Shown one piece after another: positions 19,747 through 28,433 of a stretch of DNA of 59,675 nt (positions within the stretch are counted from its first letter, which is position 1; each line of letters begins with the position of its first letter). The translations under genes were made by a program, and so were the position numbers. The DNA comes from a virus. Lineage: Duplodnaviria > Caudoviricetes. The notes under the pieces are model-generated. The model saw nothing but the letters and a program-made list of their open reading frames with translations. It ran no database searches and had not been told where the DNA came from. Where the stretch lies: positions 1-59,675 of the IMG/VR virus record IMGVR_UViG_3300022752_005293; one strand, written 5' to 3'.

Positions 19747-20592
19747 ATGTCTAAATTAAAAGTAAGTGAATTATTTTATAGTATTCAAGGTGAGGGGCGT
19801 TATATGGGCGTTCCTAGTATATTTTTAAGAACGTTTGGTTGTAATTTCACTTGTGATGGTTTTGGTATGCTTAAGGGGGAAAAATCAAATGAACGAAATA
19901 TCATTGCCATAAATGCGAATCATTACAAAGATTATAAATCTTTGCCGCTTGTTACTACAGGTTGCGATAGTTATGCTAGTTGGGATGTTCGGTTTAAGCA
20001 TCTTAGCCCTCTGCTTACTATTGATCGCATTGTTGACGCCATTCTACGTATGCTACCTCGTGGTAGGTGGGCAAGTGAGCATCTTGTTATCACAGGGGGT
20101 GAACCGCTTCTTGGCTGGCAAAAATCATACCCTACGCTTTTATCGCACTCGGGCATGGTCGATCTACAAGAACTTACGTTCGAGACCAACGGAACACAAG
20201 AACTAATACCTGAATTTTCTGAGTACTTAAAGATACACTGGCGCAAAGGTTGGGATCGTCTTACTTTTAGTATTAGTCCCAAGCTAAGTGTTAGCGGCGA
20301 AAAATGGGATGATGCTATTAAACCAGAAATTATTCTTCAGTATGAAGAACATGGTTATGCCTATTTAAAATTCGTTGTAGCCAATGAAATCGATGTTGCT
20401 GAAGCAGAAATGGCAGTTGAGTGCTACAGAGATCATGGATTTAAGGGTCCAGTATATTTAATGCCTGTCGGTGGGGTAGAATCGGTATATGCTATGAACA
20501 ATAAGAATGTAGCATTGATGGCAATGAAAAAAGGATGGCGTTATTCTGATAGGCTTCAGGTGCCATTGTTTAAAAATGAATGGGGAACATAA
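19747..20592 (+). CDS. queE: 7-carboxy-7-deazaguanine synthase (radical SAM)
   Basis: ELFYSIQGEG, FLRTFGCNFTC...GCDS, VITGGEPLL, FETNGT, SISPKL, RLQV; next to folE. Confidence 0.9.
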   Translation: MSKLKVSELFYSIQGEGRYMGVPSIFLRTFGCNFTCDGFGMLKGEKSNERNIIAINANHYKDYKSLPLVTTGCDSYASWDVRFKHLSPLLTIDRIVDAILRMLPRGRWASEHLVITGGEPLLGWQKSYPTLLSHSGMVDLQELTFETNGTQELIPEFSEYLKIHWRKGWDRLTFSISPKLSVSGEKWDDAIKPEIILQYEEHGYAYLKFVVANEIDVAEAEMAVECYRDHGFKGPVYLMPVGGVESVYAMNNKNVALMAMKKGWRYSDRLQVPLFKNEWGT

Positions 20593-20792
20593 TGAAAATT
20601 ATAGATAGAGACGATTTTAAAATGTATGTTCTTATAGGTGAATGCAAGGCACCCAACGAATTAAAAATTATTCATTTTATAAGAGAAGAACTTGACAAAG
20701 ATGAAAATATTATAATTAGAAATACATATGAATTTTTTATGAAAAAAAATGAGATAAAAAAATTAGCGAAAGTATTGAATGACTACAAATAA
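20592..20792 (+). CDS. Small hypothetical protein
   Basis: ATG overlaps queE stop; 66 aa; no recognisable motif. Confidence 0.5.
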   Translation: MKIIDRDDFKMYVLIGECKAPNELKIIHFIREELDKDENIIIRNTYEFFMKKNEIKKLAKVLNDYK

Positions 20793-21528
20793 ATTAGTTG
20801 AAGAAGCGCCTTATCATCCTGGTTACGAATGTGCAGTATTTAGTGATCCCGTGGGTCGTCCCATGAGTCTAGTGATTCGAGAAAGATTAAAGGAAAGCAA
20901 TTCTAGATTTTTTGCCAATGACAATATCTCCGAATTTATTGAAAACGAAGATGAAATAGATGCGCTTGTTGAAGAAGTAGCAGAAAAATTTCAAGGTGTT
21001 CTTCACTCATTGGTGATTGACACTCACAATGATCACAACACGCAGGATACTGCACGTCGTGTGGCTAAGATGTTTGTGAAAGAAACTTTCAAAGGTCGTT
21101 ATGCTAGTCCACCCAAGGTAACTGCATTTCCGAATGTAACTGAATACGATGAGTTGTATGTTACTGGCCCAATTACAATTAGGAGTACCTGTGCCCATCA
21201 TTTTCAAAACATTGTTGGTAAAGCCTATATTGGCGTATTTCCGGGGAAGAATGTTATCGGTCTTAGTAAATTTAATCGTATCACGGATTGGATCGCCTCT
21301 CGTCCGCAGATTCAGGAAGAAATGACTGTTCAGATTGCTGATGCTATTGAAAGTGAAACGCAGGCCGATGGTGTTGCTGTATTAGTGCAAGCTGAACATC
21401 ATTGCATGACTCACAGAGGAGTTAAAGAACATGAGTCGGACATGACTACCTCTGTCATGAGAGGGGCATTTAGAAATGATCCTCATCTTAAACAAGAATT
21501 TTTCAGTATTATTCATAAAATGAAATGA
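20779..21528 (+). CDS. folE: GTP cyclohydrolase I
   Basis: TARRVAKM, RSTCAHHF, IGLSKFNR, RPQIQE, EHHCMTHRGV, MTTSVMRGAF. Confidence 0.96.
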   Translation: MTTNKLVEEAPYHPGYECAVFSDPVGRPMSLVIRERLKESNSRFFANDNISEFIENEDEIDALVEEVAEKFQGVLHSLVIDTHNDHNTQDTARRVAKMFVKETFKGRYASPPKVTAFPNVTEYDELYVTGPITIRSTCAHHFQNIVGKAYIGVFPGKNVIGLSKFNRITDWIASRPQIQEEMTVQIADAIESETQADGVAVLVQAEHHCMTHRGVKEHESDMTTSVMRGAFRNDPHLKQEFFSIIHKMK

Positions 21529-21875
21529 CAGCTTATCAGTTATTAATAGCAAATACTACTTTTTTAATTTTTATTTTAATAGTCTATAGACATAGCACAT
21601 TTGCAGCAATAAAAGATTGTTATGCTATGTGGTTTAAAAAAGAGTATTGGACCGATTATAATATAGTGGAATTTTTAAGCTGGGCAGCAAAGGCAATTAT
21701 TATTATTCCCGGGTTAATATTTGGTATAAGTATTTGGTGGTTATATTTTTTAACTTTATTTACAAGTTTGACTTTAATATGGGCGAGCAATAAAAAGTTG
21801 TTGCCGACACTTGTTGGGTTTAATACAATATGGGTTTGGATAAGTAGTATGGTTTTATCTAAAAATTTGTTTTAA
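21525..21875 (+). CDS. Small multi-pass membrane protein, unknown function
   Basis: Three to four hydrophobic stretches; ATGA-coupled to folE. Confidence 0.6.
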   Translation: MTAYQLLIANTTFLIFILIVYRHSTFAAIKDCYAMWFKKEYWTDYNIVEFLSWAAKAIIIIPGLIFGISIWWLYFLTLFTSLTLIWASNKKLLPTLVGFNTIWVWISSMVLSKNLF

Positions 21876-21876
21876 T

Positions 21877-23247
21877 ATGAAAATCTTTAGTAAAAGAATA
21901 GCATTTTGTATTAGTGATCAACATACTATTCCTCATGGAGGCCTCGGGCAATTTGCAAAAAGCTTTGTTGAGACTTTCACTCCAATGGGATTTAAGATAG
22001 ATATTATTTGTGATAAATCTCCTTCTAATTTGGATTTTAAAAGAAGCCTTATTGAATCTGGTGCTTCGTTTATTTACCCATCAGAGCCTATTACTTATAG
22101 TAAACATAGTAAAATCTTTATGTTTGAGGATTCTTACAATTTTGAAAAGATGATTAATTTTAGAGATGCTATGATGCAGGCTCTAAATACTAATTTATAC
22201 GACACTATCATTTGTAATACTTTAGAATCATTTCCTGCAGTGCATTCTTTAAGTTTGCAGAAATCAATACAAGTTATTTACTATACTCATAATGAAAGTA
22301 TGGTTTTCCTAGATGATAGAACTTGGAGAAATGAATTTTCTCATTCATTTAATAATTTTTTCAATGTTCTTCTTTCTTGCAGTAATATTCAAGTAGGCAC
22401 TCAAACAGAAAGAAATAAAATGGAGTTATTAAACAATAGAATACCTGCTTATCTATTACCCATTCCTATGACAGAAAAATCTTTATTGAATAAGCATATC
22501 AAATCTCGTGAAGGTGTTCTATGGATCGGTAGATGGGAACCTAGAAAAAATCCTGAAGAATTTATAAGAGTGATACAAGAAACGAAACTACCAGCAAAGG
22601 TAATTACCAACACCAATGGTGCCAAAAAATTTGAACAAGCATTAACAGAGATTTGCGCAGATTTTCAAATTAAAATAGGCGTCTACGGTAAGGAAAAAGT
22701 TGACTTTCTCACATCTGCCAGAGTAGCATATAATCCTGCAATTAGAGAATCTTTTGGTTTGGCATTTTATGAAACTGCTGGCCATATGCCAACCGTCGTT
22801 CTAGAAAATATGAGTTGGATAAAGAATTTTCCGTCTGAATACTATTATTCCACCACTAAAAAAGATGCATCAGAAAAAATCAAAACTTTATATGAAATAA
22901 TGGTGGATGGAACATATCATTATGAAAAACATATACTTGATAAAATAATTCAAAATAATCAAGAAGGCATACAAAGATGGGTGGATATGTTTGATAATTT
23001 TATACCTTCTAAATCTGATAGTGATAGGGCAAGAATAAATCAAGAGCGAACCGTTTGTTACAAAGATTTTATAAAAGGCTTAAACAGAAAAGATTTATCT
23101 ATAGATGATATCAAATCTGTATTGACAAACAAGCATAAGTATAATACAATTTATACTAATGACAATACTTATCTCTCTAAAGACAAAAACTTTATACCAA
23201 ACGAAAAGACAAACGAGTCTGCAAGTCTCGAGGATTTATTTGCATGA
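21877..23247 (+). CDS. GT-B (GT4-like) glycosyltransferase with C-terminal SLEDLFA peptide
   Basis: HGGLGQF near N-terminus, LWIGRWEPRKNPE, ESFGLAFYE (Ex7E) motif. Confidence 0.8.
   Translation: MKIFSKRIAFCISDQHTIPHGGLGQFAKSFVETFTPMGFKIDIICDKSPSNLDFKRSLIESGASFIYPSEPITYSKHSKIFMFEDSYNFEKMINFRDAMMQALNTNLYDTIICNTLESFPAVHSLSLQKSIQVIYYTHNESMVFLDDRTWRNEFSHSFNNFFNVLLSCSNIQVGTQTERNKMELLNNRIPAYLLPIPMTEKSLLNKHIKSREGVLWIGRWEPRKNPEEFIRVIQETKLPAKVITNTNGAKKFEQALTEICADFQIKIGVYGKEKVDFLTSARVAYNPAIRESFGLAFYETAGHMPTVVLENMSWIKNFPSEYYYSTTKKDASEKIKTLYEIMVDGTYHYEKHILDKIIQNNQEGIQRWVDMFDNFIPSKSDSDRARINQERTVCYKDFIKGLNRKDLSIDDIKSVLTNKHKYNTIYTNDNTYLSKDKNFIPNEKTNESASLEDLFA
23122..23150 (+). promoter_or_regulatory. Internal sigma70-type promoter for the DpdA-like gene
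   Basis: TTGACA-17 nt-TACAAT inside the 3' end of the GT gene, ~95 nt before the next ATG. Confidence 0.55.
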
Positions 23248-24530
23248 GTAAAATATTTGAGTATTCTATTTCCGGGCCTGCGTACTTACGCTTAGGAGCT
23301 GAACAATGTAATGATCCAGAAACATTGGAAATGATAAAAAGTATGATTTTGAAGACATGTCATAATCAAAATAATCATACACTTTCTTTACTATATAATG
23401 GATTTACGGAAAAGAATTTTGGTGAAAAATTACAAAAGTATAGACCCGCCATTAAACAGATTCATGCTGACTCCGGCGGATTGCAAATTATTACTAGGGG
23501 ATTAAAAAATACTCCAGAGCTGAGAGAAAAGGTTTATACTAACCAGGGCACATATGCGGATATTGGTATGGCTTTCGATGAGATTCCGGTTAAAGCAACT
23601 CAAGACGGCAGATCATCTAAGATTGATACGAAGCGTAGATATTTTGATAGAGAAAATTTTGAAGATTATGCTACACAAACTGGCAAAAATGTTAGAGCAC
23701 AAATAGAGAAATTTGCTGAACTAAAATCTAACTGTAGACCTTTTGTGATTATGCATGGAGCATCTCACGATACATATCAGCATTGGGCAGAAACAATTCT
23801 TCGAGAAGTTTCAGAACCATTGCATGATAAGATTGGTGGTGTAGCCATGGGATCAGCGGCCCTAGGCATGGGTCAGTTAGAAGATGTAAAGAGAGCATTT
23901 TATGTTACCCTTATGCCTTTCAGTAGACCTTTTCATCTACATGTATTAGGTGTCGGCGCATTACGACGTATGTTGCCTTATCTTTTATTTAGCCAAACAG
24001 GATTGTATGATGGAATTGATATCTCATATGATTCTACCACACATTCTATGTCACTTGATAATGGTTTATTCTATTTTTCTCACTATAAGAAGTCGCCAGG
24101 ATCTGCATATGGAGGTACATCAGTTAAGATGGGGAGAGAATACTCCAACATCTATAGAACAGTTACAGAAGAAATCAATTTAGTATGCGGGACAGAGTAT
24201 GCCCCTGAAGAATATCATAAATTAATGAACAAACAAGTTACTGCTTATATAGAAGAAGGTGGCAAATTCATTGATATTATGCGAGCAAGACTTGCCTTTA
24301 TTCTTACCAATATTCACAATTTTACTAAAGATGTTTCAGAACTTACGCAATCAAAAGAACAATTTTTAAAATTTGCAAGAGAAAAAGATTGCGAAAATGA
24401 ATACGCTACATTATTTGATGTTAAAAATTTAGATGATTTTTTACACTGGGAAAAACACGTAGGTTGTCATATGGATTCAGAATCTGTTGCAGATAAACCA
24501 CCTTCATCACTAGAGGAATTATTCGCATGA
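23244..24530 (+). CDS. dpdA: DpdA-like DNA-guanine transglycosylase (TGT fold)
   Basis: HADSGGLQ (TGT DSGGxQ), AFDEIP, GGVAMG, HLHVLGVG, SYDSTTH; context of folE/queD/queE. Confidence 0.78.
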   Translation: MSKIFEYSISGPAYLRLGAEQCNDPETLEMIKSMILKTCHNQNNHTLSLLYNGFTEKNFGEKLQKYRPAIKQIHADSGGLQIITRGLKNTPELREKVYTNQGTYADIGMAFDEIPVKATQDGRSSKIDTKRRYFDRENFEDYATQTGKNVRAQIEKFAELKSNCRPFVIMHGASHDTYQHWAETILREVSEPLHDKIGGVAMGSAALGMGQLEDVKRAFYVTLMPFSRPFHLHVLGVGALRRMLPYLLFSQTGLYDGIDISYDSTTHSMSLDNGLFYFSHYKKSPGSAYGGTSVKMGREYSNIYRTVTEEINLVCGTEYAPEEYHKLMNKQVTAYIEEGGKFIDIMRARLAFILTNIHNFTKDVSELTQSKEQFLKFAREKDCENEYATLFDVKNLDDFLHWEKHVGCHMDSESVADKPPSSLEELFA

Positions 24531-24907
24531 TAGTTAAACAAGACGTTCGTCCACGCACTGAAACATTTATAAAAGTGCGAACAGAATTTGAGGGGTATCA
24601 TAGATATCCTATTGCAAGTCAAATTGATTCCCGTATTGCCTTTCTTGAAAATGAACATAGGCATATGTTTAAGGTTGAGGTCAAGATTTCTGTATCTCAC
24701 CTTGATAGAGAATTGGAATTCTTTTTAGTTAAATGGGCATTGCAAGATTTTATCAAAGGCGGCGATATGAATCACAAGTCTTGTGAAATGATTGCCATGG
24801 ATTTATTAAATGGTTTTTTAAGACCTTCATTTGGTGAAAGATATTACGAGATTGTAGTATCAGAAGATGGTGAGTCTGATGGCATTGTTGAATACTTTCC
24901 GGGATAA
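24527..24907 (+). CDS. QueD/PTPS paralogue with LxxxHRHxF motif (DpdL-like putative CDG decarboxylase)
   Basis: FEGYHRYP, FLENEHRHMF, DRELEFF, SCEMIA, VSEDGE. Confidence 0.72.
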   Translation: MIVKQDVRPRTETFIKVRTEFEGYHRYPIASQIDSRIAFLENEHRHMFKVEVKISVSHLDRELEFFLVKWALQDFIKGGDMNHKSCEMIAMDLLNGFLRPSFGERYYEIVVSEDGESDGIVEYFPG

Positions 24908-24909
24908 TT

Positions 24910-26079
24910 ATGCGTAAATTGTGGTATTGCGGATTAGAGCCGTATGAGGGCAGATACACTTTACAGCTTCAGCGATGGAGCGAGGCGGTATTTAAGCGAC
25001 GGGGTATTAATTACGAAGTAATTCATGGTGAATTATTAGATACATCTAAGTCTATCGTAACAGGTCAAGTATTAGATGCACATGGTCGCAGTTATTATTC
25101 TTTGACACAAATGGCTAAACTTGTAGCGAAGATGAAAGCGGGTGAAGTAACTTGGGAAGACGGAATCTTTTTTGAGGATATGTTTACTCCTGGCATGGAA
25201 GCATTGCCCTACATAATGGATCAAACAACTACAGAGTTTAGGCCTCAAATTTGGGTTAGATGTTTAGCGCAGACAATTGATCCTGATGACTTTCTGCACG
25301 TATGGGATATGCAAGACTGGATGCGCAATTATGAACATATGATAAATCATTTTGTAACAGGTGTATTAGCATCAAATGAGGAAATGGTTGCTCATATGAA
25401 AATTGCAGGCTGGAATGTTCCGATCTATAATATTTCTGGTCTAGCTTTTGGTAAAGAGGAAGTGCAATCCCGAGTGCCTGTTAGAAAAGATTTTTATGAT
25501 AGGAAAAGGCGTGTTTGCTTTGCTGCAAGATTCGATCAGGAAAAACAACCTGGGTTTTTCATGGATTTAGTCGAGAGAGTAACAGATTATACTAATACTG
25601 AATTCTGTGTATTATCCGGTGGACCATTACGTAGTAATGATGATGGGTATTTAGAACGTGCTAGAAATTTAGAAGCTCAAGGTAAATTAAAAATTTATGA
25701 GAATCTAAAGAAGAATGAGTATTATGAAATTCTAGCAGATAGCAGAGTTTTATTTAATTGTGCACTGCAGGATTGGGTATCAAATACAGCTTCGGAAGCA
25801 GATGCACTGGGAACGAATTGTTTATATCCTGCCTATAGAAGTTTTCCAGAATCTTTTGCTAATGATTCAGAATGTTTATATATTCCTTGGTCAATGGAAG
25901 ATGCTGAGGCAAAGTTGGTTCATTTACTTAATAATCCAAGAACAAAACTTGGTAAACTGTCAGATTGGACTAATGGCACTATTGATCGTTGTATAGATAT
26001 TATGAATAATCGGACAAACGAACAATGGTATAGAGGCAATAATAGGTATCGCAATCATGTCCCAGAATCTAAATTCTAA
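24910..26079 (+). CDS. GT-B glycosyltransferase-like protein
   Basis: VCFAARFDQEKQP, LFNCALQDWVSNTASEADALG, LYPAYRSFPE resemble the GT-B nucleotide-binding domain. Confidence 0.7.
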   Translation: MRKLWYCGLEPYEGRYTLQLQRWSEAVFKRRGINYEVIHGELLDTSKSIVTGQVLDAHGRSYYSLTQMAKLVAKMKAGEVTWEDGIFFEDMFTPGMEALPYIMDQTTTEFRPQIWVRCLAQTIDPDDFLHVWDMQDWMRNYEHMINHFVTGVLASNEEMVAHMKIAGWNVPIYNISGLAFGKEEVQSRVPVRKDFYDRKRRVCFAARFDQEKQPGFFMDLVERVTDYTNTEFCVLSGGPLRSNDDGYLERARNLEAQGKLKIYENLKKNEYYEILADSRVLFNCALQDWVSNTASEADALGTNCLYPAYRSFPESFANDSECLYIPWSMEDAEAKLVHLLNNPRTKLGKLSDWTNGTIDRCIDIMNNRTNEQWYRGNNRYRNHVPESKF

Positions 26080-27049
26080 AAATATAGTAGTCACAGGTGC
26101 TGCTGGTTATATCGGTGGTATTACTTGTATTGAATTAAAACGTAAAGATTATAACGTCTTTGGAATAGATAGAAGACATACTCCTCATCTTGATAATTAC
26201 TATGATGAGTTTTATAACGGTGATTTTACTGATTACGAATCTTTTTTACTTATTAAAAGAACAAAGCCTGCAGCTATTATTCATTGTGCCGGTACAAGTT
26301 TAGTTGGTCCTAGTTTTGATATACCTGGAATTTATTTTAATAATAATGTCGCTAGAACCAATTTATTACTTAATTTTATTAAAGAAGAAATTCCTAGTAC
26401 AAAATTTATATTTAGTAGTAGTGCTGCTGTTTATGGCAATTGGTCTAATTATCCATATAGGGAATTCAACGATACTATTCCTGTATCACCGTATGGTGAA
26501 TCCAAATTAATGGTAGAAAAAATTTTAAACTGGTATAGACAAGCTTATAATTTAAACTATGTTTCATTGAGATATTTTAATGCTTGCGGAGCAGATCAAG
26601 AATCTTTACATGGACAAGAACCGGGATCTTCCCATATATTTGCTAAATTGTTTGATTCAGCTTTAAACGATACACCTTTTACTCTAAATGGCGCGAACTA
26701 TTGTACTAAAGATAATACATGTATAAGAGATTATATTCATGTTTCGGATATAGCAGATGCACATATAAAATGTATAGATAGTGATACATCAGGTATATAT
26801 AATTTAGGTACATTTAAAAGCACATCTAATCTAGAATGTTTAGATTATGTTGAACAGTGTCTAAATAAAGAAATTGTAGTTAATGTGGTACCTGCAAGAA
26901 AAGGTGACCCTGCTATTCTTATAGCAGATCCTAGCAAATTTAGATTAACTACAGGTTGGACAGCATGGAGAACTATGCCAATGGTTGTAAGCCATTTGAA
27001 GGAATGGTATCAATCTAATACTTTTAAAAATTATAATAAGCGGTCTTAA
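26057..27049 (+). CDS. galE: UDP-glucose 4-epimerase
   Basis: VTGAAGYIG, FSSSAAVYG, SPYGESK, LRYFNACGA, TCIRDYIHV, RKGDPAILIAD. Confidence 0.9.
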   Translation: MSQNLNSKNIVVTGAAGYIGGITCIELKRKDYNVFGIDRRHTPHLDNYYDEFYNGDFTDYESFLLIKRTKPAAIIHCAGTSLVGPSFDIPGIYFNNNVARTNLLLNFIKEEIPSTKFIFSSSAAVYGNWSNYPYREFNDTIPVSPYGESKLMVEKILNWYRQAYNLNYVSLRYFNACGADQESLHGQEPGSSHIFAKLFDSALNDTPFTLNGANYCTKDNTCIRDYIHVSDIADAHIKCIDSDTSGIYNLGTFKSTSNLECLDYVEQCLNKEIVVNVVPARKGDPAILIADPSKFRLTTGWTAWRTMPMVVSHLKEWYQSNTFKNYNKRS

Positions 27050-27082
27050 GACGCTCATCCCGCTTTATAAATTCTGCGTGTC
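27038..27082 (+). promoter_or_regulatory. Candidate structured RNA leader of queD
   Basis: AAGCGG(27038-43)/CCGCTT(27060-65) stem, loop ACGC complementary to downstream GCGT(27076-79), A-rich linker. Confidence 0.4.
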
Positions 27083-27108
27083 ATCAAACTTACTCAAAGA
27101 GGCAAGAG

Positions 27109-27615
27109 ATGGCTTTTATAAATTTACCGCATCCCTACAAATACGTTAGTACAAAAGAATACCATGATGCTTTCCCATGCGCTTATAGACAATGGAGAGC
27201 AGATAGTCACTGTAATATGATTCATGGTTATAGTTTTAGTATGAAGTTTTATTTCGGGACAGATAACTTAGATGTTCGTAACTGGGCAGCTGATTATGGT
27301 GGTCTCAAAGAACTAAAGAAAATTCTTGAGAATCAATTTGATCACACTTTATTAGTTGCTGAAGATGACCCTGAATTAGAAACATTTAGATTATTACAAG
27401 AAAAGAAAATGGCCAAGCTAACTATTCTACCTCGTTTAGGATGTGAAGGTTTGGCTGATATGCTTTATAAGTATGTCAATGGTGTTTATATACCGGATAT
27501 GTGGGGCCCAGGTGAAGCAGAAAGACTATGGTGTTTTAGAGTTGAAGTCAGAGAAACACAATCTAATATGGCTTACAGAGAAGGCCATAGACACTGGAAC
27601 GAGGTATTATTATAA
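27109..27615 (+). CDS. queD: 6-carboxy-5,6,7,8-tetrahydropterin synthase
   Basis: SHCNMIHGYS, DYGGLKELK, FDHTLL, GCEGLA, VEVRET. Confidence 0.88.
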   Translation: MAFINLPHPYKYVSTKEYHDAFPCAYRQWRADSHCNMIHGYSFSMKFYFGTDNLDVRNWAADYGGLKELKKILENQFDHTLLVAEDDPELETFRLLQEKKMAKLTILPRLGCEGLADMLYKYVNGVYIPDMWGPGEAERLWCFRVEVRETQSNMAYREGHRHWNEVLL

Positions 27616-27617
27616 CA

Positions 27618-28199
27618 ATGCTTAAAGTTTATAAAAATCTTATTTCGCAGAACACCGCAGATTCTATCTATCATTCTTTGATGTCATTCATTATAAATGA
27701 TAGCCAACATTATTTTGAGTTTAGCAATTCTGCTACAAATAATAAGTCTTGGGGCTACATGAATTTACCTGAAACTTATCTAGAAATAGATAGAATAAAA
27801 AGTTTCGTAGAAAAAGATTTTGGTGACGAATATGAATTTACTCACACTTATTCTAGAATATACCCTGCTGGGGGTATTTTAAATCCTCATATAGATAGAG
27901 AGGGTCTGGATTTAACATTGACACTTAATGTTCATAGTGATGTAAATAATCCATGGCCAATTCTTTTTTCTAAAAAAACATTTGACACGGTATTAAATGA
28001 TATACATATATACACTGTCGGTGACTCTGAATCATACGAATTGTTTAAAGAATATACTAAAGATTTTGAAAGTGTAATTTTAAACGAAGGCGATGGTGCT
28101 TGCTGTACTAGAGATGTACCTCATTGGAGAGAACCCTTCAATGTAAAATTTGAGGGAGAGCATTATGGGCAAGTATTTTATCACTGGAAACGTAAATGA
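27618..28199 (+). CDS. 2OG-Fe(II) oxygenase superfamily protein
   Basis: YSRIY...LNPHIDR (HxD), GDG, PHWREPF, QVFYHW. Confidence 0.75.
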   Translation: MLKVYKNLISQNTADSIYHSLMSFIINDSQHYFEFSNSATNNKSWGYMNLPETYLEIDRIKSFVEKDFGDEYEFTHTYSRIYPAGGILNPHIDREGLDLTLTLNVHSDVNNPWPILFSKKTFDTVLNDIHIYTVGDSESYELFKEYTKDFESVILNEGDGACCTRDVPHWREPFNVKFEGEHYGQVFYHWKRK

Positions 28200-28350
28200 A
28201 AATTTTATTAAGGCAACTCAGTGGAGATAAAATATGAATAATAAAGATCGAATAGAATTTTGAATAAAAAATAACTGATAATAGAAATCACTCAAAAACG
28301 CAAGTTATAAATTAAAAACGAAATAAAAAATTAATGGAGACACCTTCTAA
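28196..28350 (+). pseudogene. Probable decayed gene remnants
   Basis: ATGA-coupled ATGAAAATTTTATTAAGGCAACTCA resembling the gp47 5' end, then GGAG-ATG NNKDRIEF* and broken-frame LK.RKL..LKNEIKKL. Confidence 0.35.
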
Positions 28351-28389
28351 CTCTGCGATGTGGATGAATAATATCAAAAAATAGCTTTT

Positions 28390-28397
28390 TATAAATA
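28390..28397 (+). promoter_or_regulatory. T4-type late promoter of HNH endonuclease gene
   Basis: TATAAATA 37 nt before ATG 28434, with AGGAG RBS. Confidence 0.7.
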
Positions 28398-28433
28398 ATC
28401 ATTGAACACACCGAATATATTTAGGAGTTGTCA

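Noticed and set aside
23244-24530. tRNA-modifying Tgt (queuosine) call
   Set aside because: No CxCxxC zinc site typical of bacterial Tgt, no queC/queF/queA in the window, and a clamp-like tail points to DNA
27038-27082. Canonical preQ1-I riboswitch call
   Set aside because: Lacks the characteristic loop and AAAAAACUA-type tail consensus; kept only as an unassigned candidate
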